Below the pieces are notes generated by a model. The model did no database searches and was not told the DNA's origin. It saw only the letters and a list, made by a program, of their open reading frames with translations. From the NCBI GenBank assembly GCA_963780805.1, contig CAWADP010000017.1:16944-80943 (forward strand): a stretch of DNA of 64,000 nt. The letters are read 5' to 3'. Made by a program: the position numbers and the translations under genes. Positions 9,230 to 18,787 of the stretch are shown in pieces. The number at the start of each line of letters is the position of its first letter. The stretch's first letter is position 1. The DNA is from an uncultured Alphaproteobacteria bacterium. Lineage in GTDB: Bacteria > Pseudomonadota > Alphaproteobacteria > Acetobacterales > Acetobacteraceae.

Positions 9230-10489
9230 ATGAAGCTCCTCTGGTTCCACCTGATGCCCTACACCGAGCTGCCGGACGACTTCCGCGACCAGCACCCTTC
9301 GGTCTGGGTGGACGTCCATTCCACCCTGTTCGATCCGAAACGCGCCCATCTCATGTACAACGACTTCATGGATGAGATGGAATACGCCGCCGATTGCGGC
9401 TTCGACGCGGTGTGCTGCAACGAGCACCATTCCAACGGCTACGGCCTGATGCCGTCGCCGAACCTGATCGCCTCGGCGCTGTCGCGCCGCACGCGCGATA
9501 CGGCGATCTGCGTGATGGGCAACTCGCTCGCGCTGTACAATCCGCCGACGCGCGTGGCGGAAGAGTTCGCCATGATCGACGTAATCTCCGGCGGTCGGCT
9601 GATTGCCGGCTTCCCGGTCGGCACGCCGATGGACACCTGCTACGCCTATGGCCAGAACCCGTCGCTGCTGCGCGAGCGCTATCTTGAAGCCCACGACCTG
9701 GTGATGAAGGCGTGGCAGGAACCGGAAACCTTCGCGTTCAACGGCCGCTACAACCAGCAGCGCTATGTGAACATCTGGCCACGTCCTGTGCAGAAGCCGC
9801 ACCCACCGGTGTGGATCCCCGGCGGCGGTTCCATTGAAACGTGGCAGTGGTGCGCTCGGATGGACTACGTCTACGCCTATCTGTCCTATTTCGGCTATAA
9901 GGACGGCAAGGCGACGATGGAGGGCTTCTGGAACGAAATGGCGCGCCTGGGCAAGGACCGCAATCCGTATCGCGCCGGCTTCCTGCAATTCGTCGGCGTG
10001 GCGGAGACGCGCGAAAAGGCTTGGGAACTGTATCGCGAACCCGCCGAGTATTTCTATGGCCGCTGCCTGCACGTCGATCCGATGTGGGCGACGCCGCCGG
10101 GTTATATCACCGAGGCCACCCAGCGCGCCGGCATCGAAAGCCAGATCGGCCGCGCTTCCGCCTCCGGGGCGCGGTCACGCATGCGCGCCACGGAGATGAA
10201 GGACATCGTCGATCTGGGGTACGTGATTTTGGGTTCGCCGGACGAGGTGGTGGCGCAGCTCACCGAAGTGGCGACCGAACTGAATGTCGGTCACCTGATG
10301 CTGCTGCTGCAATTCGGCAACATGGGCAAGGACCTTGCCAAGTACAACACCAAACTGTTCTCCGAGCAGGTGATGCCGAAGCTGCAGCCGCTGTTCTCGG
10401 AATGGGAAGATCGGTGGTGGCCGCAGCCGATGCCCGGCGCCGAGCGCGCTGAGGTGGCCGCGTTCGTGCCGGGGCTGGCAGCGGAGTAG
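9230..10489 (+). CDS. LLM-class flavin-dependent oxidoreductase (luciferase-like monooxygenase)
   Basis: 419 aa. NEHHSNGYGLMPSPNL, GGRLIAGFPVGT and WPRPVQKPHPPVWIPGGGS are characteristic of the family. Confidence 0.88.
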   Translation: MKLLWFHLMPYTELPDDFRDQHPSVWVDVHSTLFDPKRAHLMYNDFMDEMEYAADCGFDAVCCNEHHSNGYGLMPSPNLIASALSRRTRDTAICVMGNSLALYNPPTRVAEEFAMIDVISGGRLIAGFPVGTPMDTCYAYGQNPSLLRERYLEAHDLVMKAWQEPETFAFNGRYNQQRYVNIWPRPVQKPHPPVWIPGGGSIETWQWCARMDYVYAYLSYFGYKDGKATMEGFWNEMARLGKDRNPYRAGFLQFVGVAETREKAWELYREPAEYFYGRCLHVDPMWATPPGYITEATQRAGIESQIGRASASGARSRMRATEMKDIVDLGYVILGSPDEVVAQLTEVATELNVGHLMLLLQFGNMGKDLAKYNTKLFSEQVMPKLQPLFSEWEDRWWPQPMPGAERAEVAAFVPGLAAE

Positions 10490-10551
10490 CGCCGCGCCCG
10501 CCCGTCATGCCGGCCCGCCGCTATCATCGTGGCCACCTGTCATCGTGGCCA

Positions 10552-10639
10552 CCTGTCATTGCGAGCGTAGCGAAGCAATCTCCCGGAGAGTACGCACGTC
10601 ACTCGCGGGAGATTGCTTCGCTACGCTCGCAATGACAGG
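10552..10639. repeat. REP-like palindrome, family B (GTCATTGCGAGCG..CGAAGCAATCTCCCG arms)
   Basis: Perfect 34-bp inverted repeat (10552-10585 / 10606-10639) with a 20-nt spacer. Flanked by degenerate GTGACAG/ATGACAG short repeats at 10525-10710. Second copy at 30766-30850, fragment at 45506-45540. Confidence 0.85.
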
Positions 10640-10717
10640 TGGTCGCAATGACAGCTGCTCGTAGTGACAACTGCTCCTGGTGACAGCCGCTCGCAGTGAC
10701 AGCCGCAGGGGCGGCAC

Positions 10718-11491
10718 TCAAAACAACGAGTACCCCCCATCGATGACGAACGTATCGCCCGTGTGGTACCGCGACGCATCACTCTGCAAATACACCGCGA
10801 TCCCGGAAAAATCCTCGCCGGTTCCCCACCGGCGCATCGGCACACGCGGAGCCACTTTGGTGCGGAAGCCGTCGGTGGCGAACGCCCGCGCGGTCATGTC
10901 GGTCTCAATCCAGCCGGGCAGGATCGTGTGGGCGCGGATGCCGTGGCGCGCGAACTCCACCGCCAGCGCGCGGACCATTGAGATCATGCCGCCCTTGCTG
11001 GCGGCGTAATGCTCGCTGCGGGGCGCTGCCTCCACCGCGGCGAGCGACGCGGTGCCCACCAGCACGCCGCCGCCGCCCCGCCCCACCATGTGCTGCGCCG
11101 CGGCCCGGAACGTATGGAATGCGCCATCCAGGTTGACGCGCGTCACGCGGTGCCATTCCGCACTCGACATCTCCAGGAAGGATGCAACGCCGCGTCCACC
11201 CACCCCGGCATTGGCGAAGCACCCGTCCACCCGTCCGAACGCCGCCAGCGTCGCGGCGAAGATGTCGTTCACCGCCGCCTCGTCGCCTACGTCGCACTGC
11301 CAAGCCTGCACGCGGCGCCCATGTCGCGCGATGGTTTCGCACGCCGCCGCGTTCTTCTCGGCATTGGTGCCCCACACAGCGACATCCGCACCCGCCCGCG
11401 CCAGCCCCAGCGCCATACCGAGGCCGATGCCGCTGTTGCCGCCAGTGACCAGTGCCACCTTGCCGGTGAGATCGAACAAGTTGTCGGGCAT
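10718..11491 (-). CDS. SDR family oxidoreductase
   Basis: TGGNSGIG cofactor motif, NAG, and YAASKGG catalytic Tyr-Lys. 257 aa. Confidence 0.9.
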   Translation of the reverse strand: MPDNLFDLTGKVALVTGGNSGIGLGMALGLARAGADVAVWGTNAEKNAAACETIARHGRRVQAWQCDVGDEAAVNDIFAATLAAFGRVDGCFANAGVGGRGVASFLEMSSAEWHRVTRVNLDGAFHTFRAAAQHMVGRGGGGVLVGTASLAAVEAAPRSEHYAASKGGMISMVRALAVEFARHGIRAHTILPGWIETDMTARAFATDGFRTKVAPRVPMRRWGTGEDFSGIAVYLQSDASRYHTGDTFVIDGGYSLF

Positions 11492-11671
11492 ACGGACGTC
11501 TCCAATACTCTGTCGCGATGGTCATGTGCCCGGGGTTGGTGAGTACGCCGCCTGCACGCCGCGGCCACCGGCCGTCGCAGAGTGCCCACACGGACAGCCC
11601 GGTCAATCCCCACCCATGAACAACTCATGAACGGCCACCTTCACCGTCATCCGACTGGCGCAGGTGAATTA

Positions 11672-11685
11672 TTGATCCGGATCAA
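11672..11685. promoter_or_regulatory. perfect FNR/FixK-type box TTGAT-N4-ATCAA
   Basis: ttgatccggatcaa read directly, in the intergenic region about 186 bp upstream of ORF 11871 and about 180 bp upstream of the divergent SDR gene. Confidence 0.5.
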
Positions 11686-11870
11686 TGATCCAGTTGAAAG
11701 CGCATTGACGCCTGCCATGGGACACTTCCCGCGCGGCACCTGAGCCGCTCGAGATCAAGGGGACGGCAGATCAAGGGGACGGCTCCCCGCCGGTTCTTGA
11801 AGGACGCCAGCCGGCCGATAAGCGACCTTACGACCCGCAGCAGGGGACAACGCAGCACGGAGCGCTCGCG

Positions 11871-12356
11871 ATGCGATCGAGCAGCCATCGTAAGTCGGAC
11901 CACTTATACGCCACGCTGTGCGGGACTGTAGCCGCGGCCCTGACGATCACCGCAATCATCCGCGGCTCGCTGCGACTGGCGGACGCTTTGCGGCCGCGGA
12001 CCGGCGACATCATAGCCTTCGTTCCGACGAGCGCCGACGTCGCCGACACCAGGGCGACGATCGTCGCCATGCGCGCCGGACACTCGCCAGCCGCCTTTTG
12101 CGTACTCGACCCGACGATCATGCAGCAAGCCGGCGGCAGCCTGATCGTCGAGGCAGCCGGACTCGCCGGCGGCCGCCCCTATCGCGTTCATTGGGCTGGC
12201 GCCCGCACCAGCGGCTCCGGCACGGATTGCGGCCGCTCGGTCGACCTGCTGCTCGCGCCCGAGGACGTCGCGGTGCTGTTGTTCACTGCGGCCAACGGAA
12301 ACCAGCGTGCGAACGCTGCCTACAGCAACCCGGGGATCGGCCGGCGCGTCAGATAG
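11871..12356 (+). CDS. hypothetical protein with one predicted TM segment
   Basis: 161-aa ORF with hydrophobic stretch LYATLCGTVAAALTITAIIRG. No family recognised. 3' end overlaps the convergent Crp/Fnr gene by 37 nt. Confidence 0.35.
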   Translation: MRSSSHRKSDHLYATLCGTVAAALTITAIIRGSLRLADALRPRTGDIIAFVPTSADVADTRATIVAMRAGHSPAAFCVLDPTIMQQAGGSLIVEAAGLAGGRPYRVHWAGARTSGSGTDCGRSVDLLLAPEDVAVLLFTAANGNQRANAAYSNPGIGRRVR

Positions 12357-13102
12357 CGTTCATCGAATCCCGCCAGCGCCGACAGCGCGGCCACGTCGTG
12401 GATCACCACGCGCTGGCCCTCGATCGTCGCCAGCCCCTCGTCGCGCAGCGAGCGGATCATGCGGTTGATGTGCGGCCCGCTAAGGCCAAGCACGTCGGCC
12501 GTCAGCTCCTGCGTCAGCGGCAGCGTGTATGCGTTGTCTTCGCCCAGCCCAGCCGCGCGCAGCCGCACCATCAGTTCCAGAAGCAAGTGCGCAAGCCGTT
12601 CGTAGGCCGATCGGCGCCCCAGGTTGACCAGATGCTCGCCAAACATCGCCGCCTCGCTCGCCGAGGACCAGAACAGTGCCGTTGCAACCCGGGGGAACCG
12701 CGAGAACAGGAAGAACAGTTTTGAAAATGGGACTGGGGCCAGCACGACGTCGGTCAGGGCGGAGACGGAATTCACCGCGACATCGAACAGACTGGATGGC
12801 AAGCCGATTAGGTCGCCGGGCAACCCCAAATTCAAGATCTGTCGCTTGCCATCCGACAGCACCTTGTAGCGCGACACGACGCCGCCGCAGAGGATGAAAA
12901 GCTGATCGTAGCGTCGGCCCGCGACGATGATGTCCCGATGCCGCCCCAGCTTGCGCTTTGGCTCGTGCAGCTCGGCGAGAAACGCATGCTCATCCGGGTT
13001 CAGGGTCAGATAGGCCGCCAGCTTGTCCACCAACGGCAATGCCGCGGACGCAGTCGGCAACCCGTCCGGCACAGCCCCCTGAGCCATCGCTGCCCCCGGC
13101 AT
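12320..13102 (-). CDS. Crp/Fnr family transcriptional regulator
   Basis: cNMP-binding-like beta-roll (LFILCGGVVSRYKVLSDGKRQILNLGLPGDLIG) plus C-terminal HTH (LTQELTADVLGLSGPHINRMIRSLRDEGL). Start uncertain (13102 or 13087; ORF extends to 13198). Confidence 0.85.
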   Translation of the reverse strand: MPGAAMAQGAVPDGLPTASAALPLVDKLAAYLTLNPDEHAFLAELHEPKRKLGRHRDIIVAGRRYDQLFILCGGVVSRYKVLSDGKRQILNLGLPGDLIGLPSSLFDVAVNSVSALTDVVLAPVPFSKLFFLFSRFPRVATALFWSSASEAAMFGEHLVNLGRRSAYERLAHLLLELMVRLRAAGLGEDNAYTLPLTQELTADVLGLSGPHINRMIRSLRDEGLATIEGQRVVIHDVAALSALAGFDERYLTRRPIPGLL

Positions 13103-13346
13103 CGATTGTGCGAAACTTAGTCCGCCACCGCGGCAAATGCAGGGCGACTTGCCAACTGTCGTCCAGCCCGGCACGGCTGACAATACAAGATGGCGCAATA
13201 ACCTGCATCAATGTGCCAGTTTGTGGCTGGCTTCATCCGCTTCGCCTACGTCCCCCGCAGCGCGGATTGCTTCGATTGCTTCGGCATGACCTGCAACCGA
13301 TGGTTGATCAAGTCGCCCTGGCACAGGACGACGGATGGAGAAGTGA

Positions 13347-14192
13347 ATGAGCCTCAGGGATATCCTGGTGTTTCTCGATGCCGGGCCGGCCAGCGCCGGC
13401 CGCCTGCGCCTGGCGGCCGGCATCGCACGCGAGCATGGATCGGACCTCAGCGCCGCTTACCTGGACGATGGCACGGCGTTCAAACATGCCGCCGCCGTGC
13501 CGCGGTTCGGCCTGGTGGCGCAGCTCTGCCCGGACGCGACCGCCGCCCGACCACAAACGGTCCTCCCGCAAGAACAACGGCAGATCTTTCGCGAATGCCT
13601 CCACGGGTGCGGCGCCGACGGCGACTGGCACCACGTGGAGCACGGCGACTCCGCGCGGTTGATCGATCTTGCTCGCGCCGCAGACCTGATCGTGCTTGGG
13701 CAGATCAGCCCCTATCTCCGGCCGTCGCCCTGGTGGCGCACGGACGAGATCGTGGTCGCGGCCGGGCGCCCGGTGCTGCTGGTCCCCTATGTCGGCACCT
13801 ACACCGAAGTCGGACGCCGGGTGCTCGTAGCGTGGGATTGCTCGCGCGAGGCGGCGAGAGCTCTGCACGATGCCCTGCCCCTGATCGGCCGCGCGTCGGC
13901 GGTGACCGTGATGACTGTCCGTACCAACGGTGCCACCTACCAGCATGACCGCGCCGCGACGGAGCGCGTCATCCGTCTTCTGGCGCGGCACGACATCGCG
14001 GCCCGCGCGGAGCACCCGGTGCGTGGCAGTAACGCCGTCTCCGACGTGCTGCTGTCCGCGGCGATGGATTTCTCGGCCGATCTGCTCGTCGCCGGCGCCT
14101 ATCACCACTCGCCGTTACGCGAGGCGCTGATCGGTGGTGTCAGCCGCGAGCTGCTGCAGACCATGACCGTCCCGGTACTGATGTCGCATTAG
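13347..14192 (+). CDS. universal stress protein (tandem UspA domains)
   Basis: ILVFLD...DLIVLG...GRPVLLVP and VLVAWD...ADLLVAGAYHHSPLREALIGGVSRELLQTMTVPVLMSH. Confidence 0.85.
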   Translation: MSLRDILVFLDAGPASAGRLRLAAGIAREHGSDLSAAYLDDGTAFKHAAAVPRFGLVAQLCPDATAARPQTVLPQEQRQIFRECLHGCGADGDWHHVEHGDSARLIDLARAADLIVLGQISPYLRPSPWWRTDEIVVAAGRPVLLVPYVGTYTEVGRRVLVAWDCSREAARALHDALPLIGRASAVTVMTVRTNGATYQHDRAATERVIRLLARHDIAARAEHPVRGSNAVSDVLLSAAMDFSADLLVAGAYHHSPLREALIGGVSRELLQTMTVPVLMSH

Positions 14193-14196
14193 TGCC

Positions 14197-16008
14197 GTGA
14201 ACTTCATGCCTCCGCAGGGTCGTAAGACCCAGGCCGCGGCCACCGTCCATGCGGCGGCCGCGGGCATTCGCCATTTGGGTGACTTCACCACCAGTCCCCG
14301 GGTTTTGTTCATCTCCGCCGTCGCCATCGTGGTGGGCATCGGCGGGACCATCTCCGGCGTGATCCTGCTGCACCTGATCCGCCTGTTCACCAACATCGCC
14401 TATTTCGGGGTCTTCAGTTCGGCCAACATGAACCTCGGCTCGACGCCACTGCCGCTGTGGTCGGTCGCGGTGCCGGTGGCCGGATCGCTGATCATCGGCC
14501 TGATGGCCCGCTACGGCTCCGACAAGATCCGCGGCCACGGCATCCCCGAGGCGATCGAAGCGATCCTGCTGGGACGCAGCCGGCTCGACGTCCGGGTGGC
14601 AATCCTCAAGCCGCTGTCGTCGGCGATCTCGATCGGCACCGGCGGACCGTTCGGCGCCGAGGGCCCGATCATCATGACCGGCGGCGCCATCGGCTCGTTG
14701 ATCGCACAGGTGCTGCCGGTCAGCGACGCGGAGCGCAAGACGCTGCTGGTCGCTGGCGCCGCGGCGGGCATGACCACCGTGTTCGGCACGCCGATCGCCG
14801 CCGTCCTGCTCGCGGTCGAATTGCTGCTGTTCGAATGGACGCCGCGCAGCTTCGTCCCGGTCACCGCCGCGGCAATCACCGCGGAAGTGGCGCGCACCTA
14901 TATCGGCCTGCCCTCGCCGTTGTTCCCGTTCGCCGGCACCATGGACACAACGCTCTTGGCGGTCGGCTGCTGGCTGTTCATCGGGTTGGTCAGCGGCTTG
15001 CTGTCCGGAGTGCTGACGCAACTGGTGTACGCCTGCGAGGACGGCTTCCTGAAGCTGCCGATCCACTGGATGTGGTGGCCGATGCTGGGCGGCCTGGTCG
15101 TCGGCATCGGCGGCCTGATCGATCCACGCGCGCTCGGCGTCGGTTACTACAACATCGCGCAGATGCTGCAGGGCCATATCGTGGCAACCGGAGCGCTGCT
15201 GCTGCTGACGGTGAAGACCGTCATCTGGGCGGTTGCGCTGGGCTCCGGCACCTCGGGCGGCGTGCTGGCGCCGTTGCTGATCATTGGCGGCGGCCTCGGC
15301 GCGGCGATGGCGCATATCCTGCCGCCCGCCAGCCCCGGCTTCTGGGCGTTGCTGGGCATGTGCGCGACCATGGGCGGCACCATGCGCTCGCCGCTGACGG
15401 CGACGTTCTTCGCGGTGGAGCTGACCGGCAACACTCACGTGCTACTGCCCCTGCTGACCGCCTGCGCGACCGCGCACCTGGTCACGGTGCTGCTGATGCG
15501 GCGGTCTATCCTGACGGAGAAAGTGGCGCGCCGCGGTCACCATCTGGCGCGCGAATACCGGGTGGACCCGTTCGTCCTGACCCGCGTGCGGGAAATCATG
15601 GTGACCGACGTGCAGACCGTGCCGGACGGCATGACGCTGCACGAGCTGGCCGCGTTCCTGACCGATCCCGCCACGTATCATCCCAGCTTTCCGGTGATCG
15701 ACGGCGACGGGCTCGTGCTCGGCATCGTCGATCCGCCGGCGGTGCTTCACTGGCGGCGAGCCGGAAAAGGCCGCGGCACGACCCTGCGAGAGCTGCTTGC
15801 GAACAACAATCCGGTCGTGGCGTATCCGGACGAGTACCTCGACGAAGTCATCGAGCGCATGTCGCGTGCCAACGTGGCGCACGTGCCGGTGGTCTCGCGC
15901 GAGGGGTCGAAGCTGGCCGGCTATCTCGCGTGGAAAGATCTGCTGCAGGTACGCACCCGATTGCAGTCCGAGGAACGGGACCGCGTCGTGCTCTACCGGG
16001 TGCGATGA
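14197..16008 (+). CDS. ClC-family chloride channel/antiporter with C-terminal CBS pair
   Basis: GSGIPE-like GHGIPEA, GTGGPFGAEGP and GTPIAAVLLAVE selectivity motifs. C-terminal IMVTDVQTV...VLGIV...HVPVV CBS-like segments. GTG 14197 or ATG 14206 start. Confidence 0.9.
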   Translation: MNFMPPQGRKTQAAATVHAAAAGIRHLGDFTTSPRVLFISAVAIVVGIGGTISGVILLHLIRLFTNIAYFGVFSSANMNLGSTPLPLWSVAVPVAGSLIIGLMARYGSDKIRGHGIPEAIEAILLGRSRLDVRVAILKPLSSAISIGTGGPFGAEGPIIMTGGAIGSLIAQVLPVSDAERKTLLVAGAAAGMTTVFGTPIAAVLLAVELLLFEWTPRSFVPVTAAAITAEVARTYIGLPSPLFPFAGTMDTTLLAVGCWLFIGLVSGLLSGVLTQLVYACEDGFLKLPIHWMWWPMLGGLVVGIGGLIDPRALGVGYYNIAQMLQGHIVATGALLLLTVKTVIWAVALGSGTSGGVLAPLLIIGGGLGAAMAHILPPASPGFWALLGMCATMGGTMRSPLTATFFAVELTGNTHVLLPLLTACATAHLVTVLLMRRSILTEKVARRGHHLAREYRVDPFVLTRVREIMVTDVQTVPDGMTLHELAAFLTDPATYHPSFPVIDGDGLVLGIVDPPAVLHWRRAGKGRGTTLRELLANNNPVVAYPDEYLDEVIERMSRANVAHVPVVSREGSKLAGYLAWKDLLQVRTRLQSEERDRVVLYRVR

Positions 16009-16351
16009 GCACTCCAGCGACGCACACCATGGCGCTGCGACACGCCGGTTCTTGTACGAGCGCCTTTGCACCGAAGCTTTGATCGGTTGAATGGTGGCTA
16101 CCCGGACCCTCTGACCGCCCCGATGGGGCACGCTACCGGAGAGCCGGTTCCGATCCGATGCGGGTGTTGGCCGTCTGGACCGCGTTTTGCCTGGAAGAGT
16201 TAGAACGCCGTACCACGTGTCGAACGTTGTGAACATGCTGATTGAATCACAGTCCAAAAAAGCGGCGTAGTCACCGTGCGCCTCGGGTGCCGGAGTCGGG
16301 AAGTCTGGCCGTCAACGGTGAGGCCGGACGCTATTTCCGGAGACCCGACAC

Positions 16352-16690
16352 ATGCCTGCCGCGCACCGCAGCCAAGCCAGCGACAAGGCAACACTCGTCT
16401 CGATGGTCAAAGAGATGATCGAATCTATGACCGGAGCCCAAAGCACGCGCCACTGGGCCGATGATGCCTTGTGGTTCGACATCCCTCCGTTTGCCACACG
16501 AGGGGTTCCCTATCGTGCTGTTTCCAGCATCGAATAATTCAGAGATCAGCAGCGACGTTGCCCGCACGCAATGCGGCAAGGCGACATGCGGAAAGGTGGT
16601 GGGCCTTTCCTGGCGCCATGCCGCAAGGTTGGACGGGCATTCCGCACCGGAATTACGCGACAGAAAAGCGTCCGCTCGTGGCAAGAGCAT
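16352..16690 (+). pseudogene. possible decayed NTF2/SnoaL-like (DUF4440-type) gene
   Basis: ORF 16352..16537 encodes ...VSMVKEMIESMTGAQSTRHWADDALWFDIPPFATRG, which resembles the N-half of NTF2-like proteins. The expected C-half (DVA...FRTGITRQK...W.EH) is only recoverable across two other frames. Weak. Confidence 0.3.
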
Positions 16691-16959
16691 CTTTTCGCGT
16701 GTGAGCGGTCGAGTTTGGCGGCCTCGCGCACATGCACTAACCTGGGCTCCTTGCCGGTGAGCTCCGACGAACGATTTCTCCGTGCAACCTCTATTCGCGG
16801 ATCCACCGACGGCATCCCGGCCACACCCGGCGGCGCCGTCGTCATGTTTATCCGCAGGCAAGCGCCGTCGGCGATGGCGTCTATGGAAACCACCTGGCCG
16901 ACGGCAACTCGCGGCACGCCTGCTCACAAAAAACCGCAGCCGCTCGATAGCTCTTCGAT

Positions 16960-17673
16960 CTACGAAGCCCGAGCGCCGACCGCTGGTTTGACCATTTGTT
17001 GCAGCTTCGCCAGCAGGGTTTTCGCCGCTGCGCCTGACGAATGTGGGTTCTGTCCGGTGATCAGCAGGCCGTCGCTGACAACGTGAACGCCCCAGTTGGC
17101 TTTCTTCGAGAAGATCGCGCCCAGCTTCAACATCTCATCCTCGACAAGGAAGGGCACTACCGTGGTGAGGCCCACTTCCGCCTCCTCGCCGTTCGTGAAG
17201 CCGGTCACTTCCTTGCCATGCACCAGAAATTTGCCGTCTGCCGTCTTGACATGACGCAGCGCACCGGTGGAATGACAGACAATGCCGATCGGCTTACCGG
17301 CGGCAAGGAAGGACTCGATCAGCCTGGCCGAGTGCTTGTCCTCGGCGAGATCCCACATCGGGCCGTGGCCGCCCGGGTAGAAGACGGTGTCGAAGTCTTC
17401 CTGCCTGACGCTGTCCAGGCGAACAGTTTTGTCGAGCTGAGCTTCCGCGGTCGCATCCTTCTCGAACCGGAGCGTAAGGTCGGTGCGGAATTCCGGTTCG
17501 TTGCTTTTCGGGTCAAGCGGCGGCCGGCCGCCCTTCGGGGATGCGAGCGTGATCTCGGCTCCCGCATCCTTGAAAACAAAGTAGGGTGCCGCCAGTTCTT
17601 CGAGCCAGAAGCCCGTCTTGCGGCCAGTGTTGCCCAACTGATCGTGGGATGTCAGTACCGTAAGTATCTTCAT
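16960..17673 (-). CDS. DJ-1/PfpI family type 1 glutamine amidotransferase-like protein
   Basis: KILTVLTSHD...TGFWLEELAAPY...DTVFYPGGHGPMWDL...PIGIVCHSTGAL (nucleophile elbow Cys-His)...LITGQNPHSS. Confidence 0.9.
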   Translation of the reverse strand: MKILTVLTSHDQLGNTGRKTGFWLEELAAPYFVFKDAGAEITLASPKGGRPPLDPKSNEPEFRTDLTLRFEKDATAEAQLDKTVRLDSVRQEDFDTVFYPGGHGPMWDLAEDKHSARLIESFLAAGKPIGIVCHSTGALRHVKTADGKFLVHGKEVTGFTNGEEAEVGLTTVVPFLVEDEMLKLGAIFSKKANWGVHVVSDGLLITGQNPHSSGAAAKTLLAKLQQMVKPAVGARAS

Positions 17674-17775
17674 GTTCTTGCTCCTCTATCGAGCTGTTAT
17701 CTGACCGGTCCGTAGCGTCCCAAATCACATTTCACCGTGCTGGTACTTCGCCGCAAGCAGCCGCATGGGCAGGAG

Positions 17776-18146
17776 TCAGGCGTCTCGCAGTCCCGCCTCG
17801 AGGATCGCGACATCCTGCTCGACGGTGCCGCCGCTTACGCCAACGCCGGCGATCACCTGACCCTCGCGGGTGAGCGGCGCCCCGCGCCCATCGCGCAGTA
17901 CTTGCCCCCTGAGACCGCTATCAGCGGGAAGAGTTCATGCCCAGGCTGCACGAGCGGAAGCAGGTCGATCGTTCGCATCCCCACCAACGCCAACTCGATG
18001 GAGAAGGCCGGTGCCCCGCTCATGCGGTGCTGGAGGACCATGTTGCCGTGGATGTCGATTACTCAAACCGCGACCGGCACTTTGACGCGGGAGCCCTCCA
18101 GCTCGACACGGTCTGCGACACTCTTCGCCAACGTGAGCAAGTCCAT
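17776..18146 (-). pseudogene. GlcG/HbpS-like (DUF336) heme-binding protein gene, disrupted by in-frame TGA and a frameshift
   Basis: Minus strand: MDLLTLAKSVADRVELEGSRVKVPVAV-TGA(18065-18063)-VIDIHGNMVLQHRMSGAPAFSIELALVG...VSGG. The conserved tail QVLRDGRGAPLTREGQVIAGVGVSGGTVEQDVAILEAGL is in another frame. The shift falls in the C5 run at 17905-17909. Confidence 0.7.
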
Positions 18147-18167
18147 GCTGGGTGTCCTTTTCCAGGC

Positions 18168-18214
18168 AGCGGAGCGCGGAGACCAAGTCCAGCGAGCGGA
18201 GCGCGGAGACCAAG
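18168..18214. repeat. 20-bp direct repeat (agcggagcgcggagaccaag x2, 7-nt spacer)
   Basis: Copies at 18168-18187 and 18195-18214, just upstream of the glcG-like start on the minus strand. Confidence 0.8.
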
Positions 18215-18415
18215 GCGTGAACTTGTCTCGCCCGGGCCGGCAACCGCTCAGTGGCCGAGCCGCCCGACATACGATGCCAGGCGTTTTTCTACGTCTCCAG
18301 GCTTATGAAACCTGGGGCAGCCACAATCGGAATGCCCCACCATCTCAGATCACGGCGCGGTCATCTTGAACGAAGCCCGGGTACTGTTGGACGAACTTGC
18401 CAAAGCCATGCATCC

Positions 18416-18449
18416 GAATTGGGCCCGAAGCGGAATTGGGCCCGAAGCG
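18416..18449. repeat. 17-bp tandem duplication (gaattgggcccgaagcg x2)
   Basis: Read directly: 18416-18432 and 18433-18449. Confidence 0.85.
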
Positions 18450-18608
18450 GCGCTTGATGGGAGCCGTCGCCAACATCCGCTCCCCGCCCAACACGGCTCA
18501 CCGTAGGTAACTTGCCTGCCTCCAGGCCAAGGCCGCATGGAGCCGCGAGACCGGAGAACCGCCCCGCCATACGTCAGACCATCGAGCGGGCGGCCACACC
18601 CATCGCAT

Positions 18609-18640
18609 CCCAATCTCGTCTCACCCCAATCTCGTCTCAC
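18609..18640. repeat. 16-bp tandem duplication (cccaatctcgtctcac x2)
   Basis: Copies at 18609-18624 and 18625-18640, followed by hairpin cgtctcg-caaa-cgagacg at 18653-18670. Confidence 0.85.
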
Positions 18641-18787
18641 CACTGACGCGACCGTCTCGCAAACGAGACGCGAATGAGACGCGGCGCGCCCGCAAGACGG
18701 CAGCGCCAGAGCAACAAGCCGGCAATGCCACCACCCGGCGATGCCACCACAAGGTCCGATCGGTGACCGGCATGGCCATCGTCCGCG

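Noticed and set aside
18063-18065. In-frame TGA in the GlcG-like gene considered as selenocysteine or read-through codon
   Set aside because: No SECIS-like stem-loop lies immediately downstream. The position is a structural beta-strand residue in the family. The same gene also carries a frameshift, so pseudogenisation is the simpler reading.
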